This document shows positions 1 to 8,918 of a stretch of DNA of 64,000 nt, in pieces. How positions within the stretch are numbered: position 1 is the stretch's first letter; the number at the start of each line of letters is the position of its first letter. Under the pieces are notes generated by a model. The model was not told where the DNA came from. It worked only from the letters and a program-made list of their open reading frames with translations, and ran no database searches. Source of the stretch: Patescibacteria group bacterium. GTDB taxonomy: Bacteria > Patescibacteriota > Minisyncoccia > Phycocordibacterales > PALSA-1337. The stretch is from positions 128,041-192,040 of the forward strand of contig JBBTYL010000003.1 in assembly GCA_038061795.1 (NCBI GenBank). Reading direction: 5' to 3'. Position numbers and translations under genes: made by a program.

Positions 1-90
1 CGAAGCCGCGTGAGCGGGGGTTGATGTCAGGAAGACTGCGGATGCCGTGAGGCCGATAGCCGCAGTCAGGAGGAGTTTGTTCATTTTCAT
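1..90 (-). CDS. secreted protein, N-terminal fragment only (gene continues left of the window)
   Basis: The reverse strand reads ATG at 90-88, then MKMNKLLLTAAIGLTASAVFLTSTPAHAAS. This is a classic Sec signal peptide with an AHA-A cleavage-type motif. The ORF is open to the window edge. Confidence 0.4.
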   Translation of the reverse strand, partial: MKMNKLLLTAAIGLTASAVFLTSTPAHAAS

Positions 91-330
91 AACTGGAGTG
101 TTTGGTTTGTTCGTTTTCGGAATTGAGTGAATTCACTCTACCCTTCTCGAGCAACACTAATGGCAAAACCAAGGATAAATCCTCGATTAAGTACGGCTTC
201 AGGCCGTTTCCACGTATTAGCAAAGAGCAGAGCTTTGAAGTGAGCCTATCATACTTTATCTCTATTGTCAACGCACTATTCTGGGGATACGGAAACGTTA
301 AAATTAGCAACCATAGGCTATAATATACAC

Positions 331-1023
331 ATGACAATAGCCTATGCCCTTCTCGCCGGACTGCTTCCAGCCCTTCTATGGCTTCTGTTTTGGCTCAGGG
401 AAGACAACCTGCACCCAGAGCCGAAATCTTTGATAACAGGAACCTTCATATCCGGCATGCTAGTAGTCGTAGTGGCAGTTTTTCTAGAAAAATATGCTGC
501 CGACATCATTGCCGATGAGAAATACAGATATATCGCATGGGCGGCTATTGAAGAAATAGCGAAATTCCTTGCCGTGGCCATAATTGCTCTTCGCTCAAGA
601 AGCATGGATGAGCCGGTAGATGCGATGATCTATTGCATCACAGTCGCTCTCGGGTTTGCTGCGCTAGAGAATGCCCTTTTCATACTCTCGCCCCTTGATA
701 CTGGCGATGTCACCCGATCAATCGTCACTGGAAACATGAGGTTCATAGGTGCGACTCTCGTCCATGTCGTATGTTCAGCTTCCATAGGCTTCATGATCGG
801 GCTTTCTTTCTACAAGAATGCTTTTTTGAAAGCGCTCTCGCTGATCTTCGGAGTTATCCTCGCCATCGCATTGCATGCAAGCTTCAATTTGTCTATAATT
901 AACGAAACGGTAACGAATACGCTTAAAGTTTTCGGTTGGGTATGGCTCGCGGTAGTAATTCTCATCGTCCTTTTCGAGGAGGTGAAAGGTATCAGGCCGA
1001 AAAGCGGAGTTTGGGAAGCGTAA
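331..1023 (+). CDS. PrsW-family intramembrane protease
   Basis: Polytopic membrane protein with PrsW-type motifs AAIEEIAKF (EExxK) and HASFN (HxxxN). I moved the start from 265 to ATG 331 because a perfect TATAAT (319-324) lies 6 nt upstream. Confidence 0.75.
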   Translation: MTIAYALLAGLLPALLWLLFWLREDNLHPEPKSLITGTFISGMLVVVVAVFLEKYAADIIADEKYRYIAWAAIEEIAKFLAVAIIALRSRSMDEPVDAMIYCITVALGFAALENALFILSPLDTGDVTRSIVTGNMRFIGATLVHVVCSASIGFMIGLSFYKNAFLKALSLIFGVILAIALHASFNLSIINETVTNTLKVFGWVWLAVVILIVLFEEVKGIRPKSGVWEA

Positions 1024-1067
1024 GTTTATTAATAGATTATTTCAGGAGTACTTATACACAATCACAT

Positions 1068-1532
1068 ATGGCAAAAGAAAAGAAATCATTTTTTGAAAGG
1101 CTCACCGGAACCGTCCGAATGGATGAGACGCGTGACAACGAATTCAAAAGCGCCGCAGACGGCTCAAAGAACGTCGTCGCCTGGATGGATGAGGAGGAGA
1201 AAGACGGCGAATTGACCGTCGATGTCTACCAGACCAATGAAATGATCGTCATCAAAGCCATGATTGCAGGCGTACGTCCTGAAGATTTGGATATTGCCAT
1301 CACCAGAGATATGGTAACCATCAAGGGCAGCCGTGAAGAGGAGAAAGTTGCTCGAGATGACGATTACTTTGTCCGCGAACTCTACTGGGGTTCATTTTCA
1401 AGAAGCATTTCCCTTCCCGAAGAAATCGATGTTGATGAGTCAGAAGCAGTCGAAAAGCATGGGCTGCTTATCCTCAAGCTACCGAAGCTCGACAAGAAGC
1501 GCCAGTCGAAACTCAAAGTAAAGACCATTTAA
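1068..1532 (+). CDS. Hsp20/alpha-crystallin small heat-shock protein
   Basis: Alpha-crystallin domain (LTVDVYQTNEMIVIKAMIAGVRPEDLDIAI ... GLLILKLPK). The start is taken at MAKEKK (1068). The upstream part of ORF 936 overlaps the prsW-like gene. Confidence 0.9.
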   Translation: MAKEKKSFFERLTGTVRMDETRDNEFKSAADGSKNVVAWMDEEEKDGELTVDVYQTNEMIVIKAMIAGVRPEDLDIAITRDMVTIKGSREEEKVARDDDYFVRELYWGSFSRSISLPEEIDVDESEAVEKHGLLILKLPKLDKKRQSKLKVKTI

Positions 1533-1535
1533 AAC

Positions 1536-1562
1536 AAAAAACTCCATTAAGGAGTTTTTTGT
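1536..1562. terminator. bidirectional rho-independent terminator
   Basis: AAAAACTCC-ATTAA-GGAGTTTTT hairpin with A-run and T-run flanks. It sits between the hsp20 stop (1532) and the 3' end of tRNA-Phe (1566, minus strand). Confidence 0.7.
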
Positions 1563-1565
1563 TTG

Positions 1566-1641
1566 TGGTGCCAAGGACCAGGATCGAACTGGTGACCCTT
1601 CCCTCTTCAGGGGAATGCTCTACCAACTGAGCTACCTTGGC
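1566..1641 (-). tRNA. tRNA-Phe (anticodon GAA), CCA encoded
   Basis: The reverse complement GCCAAGGTAGCTCAGTTGGTAGAGCATTCCCCTGAAGAGGGAAGGGTCACCAGTTCGATCCTGGTCCTTGGCACCA folds as a cloverleaf. The anticodon loop is CTGAAGA. Confidence 0.92.
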
Positions 1642-1652
1642 AGGTCTGGAAA

Positions 1653-1931
1653 CTATTGCATCAAATCTTGAAGTGTCTTTAGAAAATCCTGCGATACTGG
1701 TGCTGACTCTGATGTCTCGCTTCCAGTAATTCCTAATGCGCTTGTCATGAACTCAACATATGGCTGAATGAAATAGAATGCGCCGATCGAGAGTCCGATG
1801 ATCACGACCCAATACGTCGCCTTGATGGCCATGCTCCACCTGTTTCCACGGCGAATCTTGCGGAGAATCTCATTGTTCTCCTCAGCCATCTTATATGTTC
1901 TTTCTAGCAACGACCGTTCTTCTGGACTCAT
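1653..1931 (-). CDS. small single-pass membrane protein, unknown function
   Basis: ORF with one TM helix (YWVVIIGLSIGAFYFI). The start is set to ATG 1931 (MSPEERSLL) because an extended -10 TGGTATACT (1939-1947, minus) lies 7 nt upstream. The longer ORF start (1973) would abut the tRNA. Confidence 0.55.
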   Translation of the reverse strand: MSPEERSLLERTYKMAEENNEILRKIRRGNRWSMAIKATYWVVIIGLSIGAFYFIQPYVEFMTSALGITGSETSESAPVSQDFLKTLQDLMQ

Positions 1932-1986
1932 GAAAATGAGTATACCAGAAAGCTGGGAAAAATAAAGCTTCATATTGCTTTTAATA

Positions 1987-2061
1987 TGGTGCCCCCGGCC
2001 AGAATCGAACTGACATCAAATTCTTAGGAGAAATCTGTTCTATCCATTGAACTACGGGGGC
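1987..2061 (-). tRNA. tRNA-Arg (anticodon CCT), CCA encoded
   Basis: The reverse complement GCCCCCGTAGTTCAATGGATAGAACAGATTTCTCCTAAGAATTTGATGTCAGTTCGATTCTGGCCGGGGGCACCA folds as a cloverleaf. The anticodon loop is CTCCTAA, and the anticodon stem has two G-U pairs. Confidence 0.82.
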
Positions 2062-2085
2062 ATAAGGAGCATAGTGCCTCTTATA

Positions 2086-2322
2086 CTATTTTATTCCAAG
2101 CGCCGCTGCAAGCTCACTTTCTTCGAAACCTATCATAAGCTTGCCGTCGACATCAATGACTGGAACGCCGAGCTGGCCGCTCTTGTCTACCATGATCTTG
2201 CGCTGTTCGAGGTCGTGAGCGACATCATGCTCAGTAAAGGCGATGTTATGGTCATTCATGTATTTCTTGGCTTCAATGCAGAAGTGGCAAGTCGGGGTCG
2301 AGTAGATGGTTACGTTCTTCAT
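2086..2322 (-). CDS. glutaredoxin-like / NrdH-like redoxin
   Basis: 78 aa with a thioredoxin-fold pattern: MKNVTIYSTPTCHFCIEAKKYM carries a CHFC (CxxC) active site, and there is a GVPVI cis-Pro loop. Confidence 0.8.
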   Translation of the reverse strand: MKNVTIYSTPTCHFCIEAKKYMNDHNIAFTEHDVAHDLEQRKIMVDKSGQLGVPVIDVDGKLMIGFEESELAAALGIK

Positions 2323-2357
2323 GTGTGTATATTTAAATGATAATTATGGCAATTCTA

Positions 2358-2738
2358 TCATATTTGAAACCAATGGAACAATCGATACCAGAATCCGCGC
2401 GTCGTTGTCGCTGTCTGAGCCGTCCCAGTAGCTTGTCCGTCGATGATTACGGCAACCTGTTCCCCTTCCTTGACCACGCGGAATTTGGCGCGTATCTCGC
2501 TCTCGATTCCCTGATCCGTCTTCAGATAATCAAGGGAAGCTGCGAGATTCTTTTCGCGAAGCGCGAACCTCTCAAGCTCGTTCCTTTCCTGCTCAAGATT
2601 CTGCACGCTCAGGCGGTTTTTCTTATAAACACCCCAAACTCCTCTGAACAGAAGTATGAAAATGATAGCGAGAAGAAGCAGAACAATTGGGGAATAGAGG
2701 ATTTTCCTTAATTTTTTCTTCTTTTGGAACTCAAGCAT
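2358..2738 (-). CDS. septum formation initiator (FtsB/DivIC family)
   Basis: N-terminal TM helix, a coiled coil (LEQERNELERFALREKNL), then the family-typical ESEIRAKFRVVKEGEQVAVI segment. A CATAAT -10 lies 8 nt upstream of the ATG. Confidence 0.65.
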   Translation of the reverse strand: MLEFQKKKKLRKILYSPIVLLLLAIIFILLFRGVWGVYKKNRLSVQNLEQERNELERFALREKNLAASLDYLKTDQGIESEIRAKFRVVKEGEQVAVIIDGQATGTAQTATTTRGFWYRLFHWFQI

Positions 2739-2776
2739 TGAAGTTTATTATGCATATAGTATACTATGCTTCACCT

Positions 2777-2887
2777 ATGTTATTCCATAAAAATACAAAG
2801 AAAGCAGCCAATGTCCTTATGATCATCGTCGGGGTCTTGATTATCATCAGCATGGTTCTCTTCTATTTTCCCATAGCAAACTACTAG
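2777..2887 (+). CDS. candidate 36-aa hydrophobic micro-protein
   Basis: MLFHKNTKKAANVLMIIVGVLIIISMVLFYFPIANY has one TM helix. TATACT (2760-2765) lies 11 nt upstream of the ATG, matching the local promoter-to-start pattern. It is short and there is no homology evidence. Confidence 0.3.
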   Translation: MLFHKNTKKAANVLMIIVGVLIIISMVLFYFPIANY

Positions 2888-4689
2888 TCTGACCTCATCA
2901 TCTTGATGAAGACTTCCTGCGGGATATTGACGTTTCCTCGTCCAAGCTCCTTCATTTTCTTCTTTCCCTCTTTTTGCTTCTCCCACAATTTCATCTTCCT
3001 AGTTCTATCTCCTCCGTACATGTGCTGGGTAACGTTTTTCTGCATTCCTGTAAGGGTTTCCGAGGCGATGATGCGTCCCTGCGCTTTTCCCTGAATCTTG
3101 AGTGTGAACATTTGCCGAGGAAGCACCTTATGCAGCTTTTCGACTGACGCTTTTGCCTCTTCTTCCAACCTTCGTCTGGCGACAACGCGGGTAAAGGCTA
3201 TGACAGGCTCATCGGCAACGAGAATATCGAGGCGGGCCACATCCGCCTCCCTCATATCGCCTATTTCATAAGAAATCGAAGCATAGCCAGAAGAAATGCT
3301 CTTTATCTCATCAAAGAAGTTTCTCATGAGTTCCCGCAATGGCATGATGAGCGCAATCGAGTTCCTGTTTTCTCCGAAATTATCCGTCGAAGTGACTTCC
3401 CCTTCATGATTGAAAACGGCCTGCATGATGACGCCGAGATAATCCGGCGGAGTGATGATTTTCATATTCACCAAAGGCTCGAAGACCTGCTTAACTTCAT
3501 GATCATCTGGAAAAAGCGCCGGGGAGTAGACAGTGATCGTCTTTCCATTTTTCATTTCGACATTGTAAGTGATGCTTGGCGTCGTAACTATGAGGTTAAG
3601 ATTGAATTCGCGCCTGAGACGTTCAGTAATAATTTCCAGATGAAGCATTCCGAGGAAGCCGCAGCGAAATCCCCTTCCTAGGGTTCCCGAGGCCTCTTCT
3701 TCGTGCGTGAATGACGAATCAGAAAGACGGAGACGTCCGAGGGCCATTCGCAGAGAATTGAAATCATCCTGGCTTTCGGTATACACAGAAGCCCAGACGA
3801 CTGGCCGAGGAGACATATAGCCATGAAGCGCCGGCGTCGTATCACGAATAGAGGCGACAGTGTCTCCGACAGAAGCGATTCCAGGCTGCTTGATGCCAGT
3901 CACGATGTAACCGATTTCTCCTGCGCTCAAGCTGTCAGTCGGAGTATCATCGGGAGCGAAGATTCCCACTTCAAGCGCGGTGAATTTCTCATCTGAAATC
4001 TTGAAGAGAAGCGAGTCGTTCTTTTTTACGGATCCGTTCATAACACGGACATAGACGATTACGCCTTTATGATTCGAATATTGGAAATCGAAGACGAGTG
4101 ATCGGAATTCCTTCGTGTTATTGTCTTCTGGAGCTTTCGGCTCTGGAACGCGGTCAATGACCTGATCAAGAAGATCGATAACGCCTTCCCCAGTTTTTCC
4201 AGAAACCTTGAGCACATCTTTTTCTTCGCAGCCGAGAAGTTCGCAAACTTCGTGGACAACCTCCTGAACGCGTGCAAGCGGGGAATCGATCTTCGAAACT
4301 ACTGGAATAATCGTAAGGCCTGATTCGCGGGCCATATTGAGCGTGGTCAATGTTTGAGCTTGGACGCCCTGAGTCGCGTCCACGAGCAGAATCGAGCCTT
4401 CTACGGCCTTCAGGGCTCGAGAAACCTCGTAGGAGAAGTCGATGTGGCCAGGCGTATCTATGAGATTCAAAACGTAATCCCGCCATTTCATGCGCACTGG
4501 CTGCATCTTGATGGTAATGCCGCGTTCTCGCTCAAGCTCCATGCTATCGAGCACCTGCTCCTGCATCTTTCGCTTCTCGATCGTATTCGTCAATTCAAGC
4601 ATGCGGTCTGCAAGCGTTGATTTGCCGTGATCAATGTGGGCGATTATGGAGAAATTTCGTATTCTAATATCATCTTTGGGAAAATTCAT
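2884..4689 (-). CDS. lepA: elongation factor 4 (LepA)
   Basis: 601 aa with GTPase motifs AHIDHGKST and DTPGH. Full-length EF4 architecture, including the LepA C-terminal region. Confidence 0.96.
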   Translation of the reverse strand: MNFPKDDIRIRNFSIIAHIDHGKSTLADRMLELTNTIEKRKMQEQVLDSMELERERGITIKMQPVRMKWRDYVLNLIDTPGHIDFSYEVSRALKAVEGSILLVDATQGVQAQTLTTLNMARESGLTIIPVVSKIDSPLARVQEVVHEVCELLGCEEKDVLKVSGKTGEGVIDLLDQVIDRVPEPKAPEDNNTKEFRSLVFDFQYSNHKGVIVYVRVMNGSVKKNDSLLFKISDEKFTALEVGIFAPDDTPTDSLSAGEIGYIVTGIKQPGIASVGDTVASIRDTTPALHGYMSPRPVVWASVYTESQDDFNSLRMALGRLRLSDSSFTHEEEASGTLGRGFRCGFLGMLHLEIITERLRREFNLNLIVTTPSITYNVEMKNGKTITVYSPALFPDDHEVKQVFEPLVNMKIITPPDYLGVIMQAVFNHEGEVTSTDNFGENRNSIALIMPLRELMRNFFDEIKSISSGYASISYEIGDMREADVARLDILVADEPVIAFTRVVARRRLEEEAKASVEKLHKVLPRQMFTLKIQGKAQGRIIASETLTGMQKNVTQHMYGGDRTRKMKLWEKQKEGKKKMKELGRGNVNIPQEVFIKMMRSD

Positions 4690-4725
4690 AAGGTAGAAGT
4701 CATACTAGCAGATAAAGGCTTGGAA

Positions 4726-6405
4726 TTAAAGCGTCTCCTGATCTGGCACAACGACATTCGACTTCCAGAACTTATGATGGAGAGTAGCCCAAACCTCCTT
4801 TATTTCCCTGTTCTTGAGTATTACAAGCACGATGATCCCCGCGATTATGCCTACGATGCCCGCGCAGAAACCCTGAAGAAACACTCCCCACGCCTTGTCG
4901 AGCGTAAAGAAAAGATTGAAGAAACGGAGAGAAAGGAATGTCACATAACCCATGATGATAGAAGCGCAGAAACTCTGGAAAAGCGCCGCGATGACCGGCT
5001 TGGTGAAGCCAGGATAATCCTTCTCGAAAATATGCCAATGAAGATAGGTATTGAAGATGATTCCGATCGAATATGCCAGAGGAAGCACAAGAACGCTAGT
5101 TCCCATCTGTCCAGAAACCTTGAGCAAGTCCTGAAGAAAAAAAGCAAACATCGGAAAAGCGAAAAAGGCCTTCGTAAATCCATAACCGAGTCCGGCGATG
5201 ACAAGCCCGGAAATGATGTTTATGATAAGTGGCTTCCGCGTCTTCCCTTCAGCATAATATGCGCGAACGAAAAGAAGAATGAGGCTCTGGCCGATGACAG
5301 AAACGATGAAAATTGCGAGCGTGGCGGCCGTGAGGCGCGTGTCGGCCCAATCGAACTTTCCAGCACCGTAGATGGTTCGGACGATTTGCGCGCGAAGCAC
5401 TATGAAGAGCACCATGATTGGGATCGACCAAAAGACAATGTGGCGGGCAGAATCAATCATCTGGCCAAGGAATTCGGTGCGGTTCTTTTCAACAAAAAAT
5501 TTAGACAGTGTCGGGAATACAGCGGAAGAATAACTGACGCCGATGATGGAAAGCGGTACGGATTGGAGATTGAGCGCGAGATTGAAGATGGAGATTGATC
5601 CGCCGCTCATGAGAGAGGCAAGAGCGATCAGGAAAAAGGAGGCAAGCTGATTGGCGGAAAGCGTCAGCGTCCTCGGCAGGGAAATCATTACCACCTTCCT
5701 GATGTCATTCCAATCGATGCGGAAATTGAAGCTAGGGAAGGTTTCCTTGTGCATGATGAAAGGAATCTGTATCGTCATATGCAAGAGCGCGCCTATCACG
5801 ACGCCCCAGATCAGGCCATGCAATCCTAGGAAAGGATATAGGAATATGATGCCGAAGATTATGCCGGCATTGTATACGACCGGACTAAGCGCATATACGA
5901 GGAATCGGCGGTGCATCTGCGTGATGCTTGAAAGGAAATTTGAGAGGCCTAGGAAGATCGGGGAAAGAAGAAGTATCCTCGTCGCCGAAATGAGTTCCGG
6001 CAAGGACGGATCATTGACGAATCCAGGTATAAGGATCTGTATGAGCCAAGGTATCAGGAAATAAGCGATGATGCTCACGGCGATGATCGCAAGAAAGAAA
6101 GCAGAGAAGATGCTGTCGATGAATTTCCTTCCCTTATCGGAATCTTTATGGAACCGATCGATGAAGAACGGCACTAGCACGGAAGCAGACACTACCGAGG
6201 CGACAGAAACGAATATCAGATCAGGAATCCTGAATGCGGAATAATAAACGTCGAGCATATGACCAGCTCCGAAGCTGTAAGCAAGAAGCTTGTCACGGAC
6301 AAGCCCAAGCACCTGCGACATGACCGCAAAGAATGCGAGAAGATACGCAGCTTCATGAAGGCCGCGTATCTCTTTGCCCATCATCTCGAAAAACTTTTTT
6401 ACCAT
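4726..6405 (-). CDS. murJ: lipid II flippase MurJ (MviN family)
   Basis: 559 aa, about 14 TM helices, with the N-terminus LGLVRDKLLAYSFGAG typical of MurJ/MOP exporters. Its ATG overlaps the upstream stop (TAATG). Confidence 0.88.
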   Translation of the reverse strand: MVKKFFEMMGKEIRGLHEAAYLLAFFAVMSQVLGLVRDKLLAYSFGAGHMLDVYYSAFRIPDLIFVSVASVVSASVLVPFFIDRFHKDSDKGRKFIDSIFSAFFLAIIAVSIIAYFLIPWLIQILIPGFVNDPSLPELISATRILLLSPIFLGLSNFLSSITQMHRRFLVYALSPVVYNAGIIFGIIFLYPFLGLHGLIWGVVIGALLHMTIQIPFIMHKETFPSFNFRIDWNDIRKVVMISLPRTLTLSANQLASFFLIALASLMSGGSISIFNLALNLQSVPLSIIGVSYSSAVFPTLSKFFVEKNRTEFLGQMIDSARHIVFWSIPIMVLFIVLRAQIVRTIYGAGKFDWADTRLTAATLAIFIVSVIGQSLILLFVRAYYAEGKTRKPLIINIISGLVIAGLGYGFTKAFFAFPMFAFFLQDLLKVSGQMGTSVLVLPLAYSIGIIFNTYLHWHIFEKDYPGFTKPVIAALFQSFCASIIMGYVTFLSLRFFNLFFTLDKAWGVFLQGFCAGIVGIIAGIIVLVILKNREIKEVWATLHHKFWKSNVVVPDQETL

Positions 6406-8816
6406 TATTTTTTAGCCGGACTTTCCTTCACTGGAAGACTGCTTCTCTTTTCCGGCTTGCTGTCAGTTGGAGGCTGTGCGTCTGCAAACGGCGACTTGCC
6501 GGCCTTTAGGTTGGAAAGGATCAGGGAGACTTCTTCGCTGTCAGGGTTGGTTTGCGCGAGAATTTCAAATTGGCTTATGGCATCTGCTGTCTTGCCGAGA
6601 CGAGCGTATGAAAGGCCTAGGAAGTATTGGGCATTTGCGTACTGATTGTTAAGCTCAGTCGCCTTGCTGAAGGCATTGACTGCCTCCTGATAAGCCTTGT
6701 CATTGTAGTAAAGCAAGCCGAGCTGGAAAAATACGAGGGGATTCGTGGGGTTGATTTGGCTTGCGACCTGGACAGATGTTATGGCCTCCTTTATCTGGCC
6801 CTGGCTCACTTGTATCTGAGAAAGAAGGAAGATTGCCTCGATGTAATTCTGCTTGAGCTGAAGGGCGGCGCCCACGAACTGCTGAGCCTCAGCAAACTTG
6901 TTCTGAGAAGCTTCTATGCGGGCAAGATTGAGATAGAGCGCTGGATTGTAAGGATTATGCTTCAGGGCATTCAAGTATGCCGTCTTCGTATTTTCATAGG
7001 CATTTTCAATCTTAAGAGAAAGGGCCACTTCGGAGATGCGGGCCTCGGCAACGTAGTTATAATAATTCGTCGGATCAAAAGCTGTTGCGCTCCTGGTATA
7101 TCCAACTGCCTCCTCTACAAGCTTCCCAATCTGTGCAATCAGCGCTGAATCAGGAGTCTTTGCGCCTTGTTGGGCTTGCAGCTGGAGCTGTTGCGACAAC
7201 GCCGTAATTTTCAGGATATCGACTTCAGAAAGCGCTTGGTAATAAATGTCGTTCTCATCCCACGAAATCGCTTTGCCGAAGTTCTTTTCTGCAGTCTCTA
7301 TTCCCTGATTCTGTGGGAGATTGAGAGCGCTGATTCCACTCTGGAAATAACCGATAGCAACCATTTTCTTGAGGTAAGCGAAAGCCCAAACGACGCAAAC
7401 GACGAGCGCGGCTGCAATGATGATCTGGATGATTTTTTTGAAACGAGAGCTTTCCGAAGATCCTGTTCCCACAAGCTGGACTTGGCCCTCTGCAACAAGC
7501 GATGAGATGAAAAGGCCGGTCATCACGAAGGTAAGCAGCATGATCGAATGCGAAGGCACGGAGACAAAGCATGCGATCCATAGGAAAATCGACGTGAAGA
7601 ATGTCGAACCGACGAAGAAACGTGAAAAATTGTCATTTGTCTTTCTGAGTCCGCTGAAGCCCGCAAACGCAAGCATGATGATGAATATGCACCAGAGAAG
7701 AAAACCTACGATTCCTTGGGTCGCAAGAGAGGACATTATGACGCCAGAACCGTTGCTGAACTCAACGCTCCAAAGATTATCCGCATTGATTCCAGCCGGT
7801 TTGAATTTGAGATATTGTGAAGCGAACCTGTTAGGTCCTGCCCCGAAAAGCGGGGATTCCTTGAGGGTATCGGATGCGACATCGAGAGTCAGCTGCCATG
7901 GCAATGCCACCTCGCTTGGTTCAAGCTTGAGCGCTTCTATGACCGGGCGAGCAAGCGTATCCCCTTTCCACGCACAAGCGAGAGCGATGATAAGTATGAT
8001 GAGTGATAAGACGGGCAATCTTTTGATGATTCCCGCTTTTTCACCATTCTCATGAGCAGGGGCCAATGAATACTGATAGTACACCATTCCCGCTGCCACG
8101 AGAGCGACTGCGATCCAAATGACTGAAGAATTCACAATGAAAAGAAAGATTCCAGATACTACCAGAAGGGCAATCAGAAGGAATTTAAGAAACTTATTGA
8201 GCGTAATGAACTGAAGGCCGATATACGAGACTATTCCGACTATCCCAGCAAGAAGCGCAAGATCATCCCACCTTCCAATAAGCGATGACATGGTTGATTG
8301 GAAAAGCCCGAAAGTCAGGACCTCTGGTCCTACCAAAAATCTGACAGCATGAAAAAGAGCCAAGATTATGAAGGAAACGATGATGCCACCATATATGTAA
8401 AGCACCCGATCCTTTTCCTTGTGAGTAAGGTACACCGTAAGAAGCGACGCGAGGAATAGGACGAGAAACAAGCTGCCAGTACCAAGCTCGAATCCCTGGC
8501 CGAAAAAGGATTTTGAGATATTAGTGCTCAAAAGCGTCGAGATAATAATAGAAGCGATGATTCCGCCAGCGACAAAGACAAGCGGGTGTTTCGGAATCGA
8601 GAGATTCTTTTGCTTGAATGCCGATATGAAATAGAGAATTCCTGAAGTGAGAACTCCGAAGACAATCACTGCGGTCTTTGACATATCAAGCAACGCATGT
8701 GAGGTCGGTAAAAATGCCAAGGGGGCAAGGATTATGGTTATGAGAAAAACAATGAAAGATATTTTTTCAAGCCCGCCTTTAGGAGACGGAGAAATCTCTG
8801 TTGGTGTTGTATCCAT
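6405..8816 (-). CDS. O-antigen ligase-like polytopic membrane protein with C-terminal TPR domain
   Basis: 803 aa. The N-terminal ~480 aa are polytopic (Wzy_C/O-antigen-ligase-like). The C-terminal ~300 aa are TPR repeats (for example NALKHNPYNPALYLNLARIE and AVNAFSKATELNNQYANAQYFLGLSYARLGK). Confidence 0.72.
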   Translation of the reverse strand: MDTTPTEISPSPKGGLEKISFIVFLITIILAPLAFLPTSHALLDMSKTAVIVFGVLTSGILYFISAFKQKNLSIPKHPLVFVAGGIIASIIISTLLSTNISKSFFGQGFELGTGSLFLVLFLASLLTVYLTHKEKDRVLYIYGGIIVSFIILALFHAVRFLVGPEVLTFGLFQSTMSSLIGRWDDLALLAGIVGIVSYIGLQFITLNKFLKFLLIALLVVSGIFLFIVNSSVIWIAVALVAAGMVYYQYSLAPAHENGEKAGIIKRLPVLSLIILIIALACAWKGDTLARPVIEALKLEPSEVALPWQLTLDVASDTLKESPLFGAGPNRFASQYLKFKPAGINADNLWSVEFSNGSGVIMSSLATQGIVGFLLWCIFIIMLAFAGFSGLRKTNDNFSRFFVGSTFFTSIFLWIACFVSVPSHSIMLLTFVMTGLFISSLVAEGQVQLVGTGSSESSRFKKIIQIIIAAALVVCVVWAFAYLKKMVAIGYFQSGISALNLPQNQGIETAEKNFGKAISWDENDIYYQALSEVDILKITALSQQLQLQAQQGAKTPDSALIAQIGKLVEEAVGYTRSATAFDPTNYYNYVAEARISEVALSLKIENAYENTKTAYLNALKHNPYNPALYLNLARIEASQNKFAEAQQFVGAALQLKQNYIEAIFLLSQIQVSQGQIKEAITSVQVASQINPTNPLVFFQLGLLYYNDKAYQEAVNAFSKATELNNQYANAQYFLGLSYARLGKTADAISQFEILAQTNPDSEEVSLILSNLKAGKSPFADAQPPTDSKPEKRSSLPVKESPAKK

Positions 8817-8884
8817 ATAATAAATACGATGAATCTGCTTAATTTTTAATAAACCTCTTGTACTTTGAAGTTATTATAACAAAC

Positions 8885-8912
8885 AAAAAACTCCCTGTTA
8901 AGGGAGTTTTTT
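8885..8912 (-). terminator. rho-independent terminator downstream of rnpB
   Basis: AAAAAACTCCCT-GTTA-AGGGAGTTTTTT hairpin, with a U-run on the minus-strand transcript. Confidence 0.7.
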
Positions 8913-8918
8913 GATGTG

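Noticed and set aside
102-323. 73-aa plus-strand ORF in the first intergenic region
   Set aside because: It has no motif or start context and would run into the prsW -10 box. The region is better explained as a divergent promoter spacer.
936-1067. N-terminal extensions of long ORFs (hsp20 from 936, the response regulator from 42336, groES from 25214, GT-B from 58019, GT4 from 63885, TPM from 22002, the methyltransferase from 31734)
   Set aside because: The extensions overlap upstream genes or promoters and lack family-typical sequence. Internal ATGs coincide with conserved N-termini and with -10 boxes or coupled stops.
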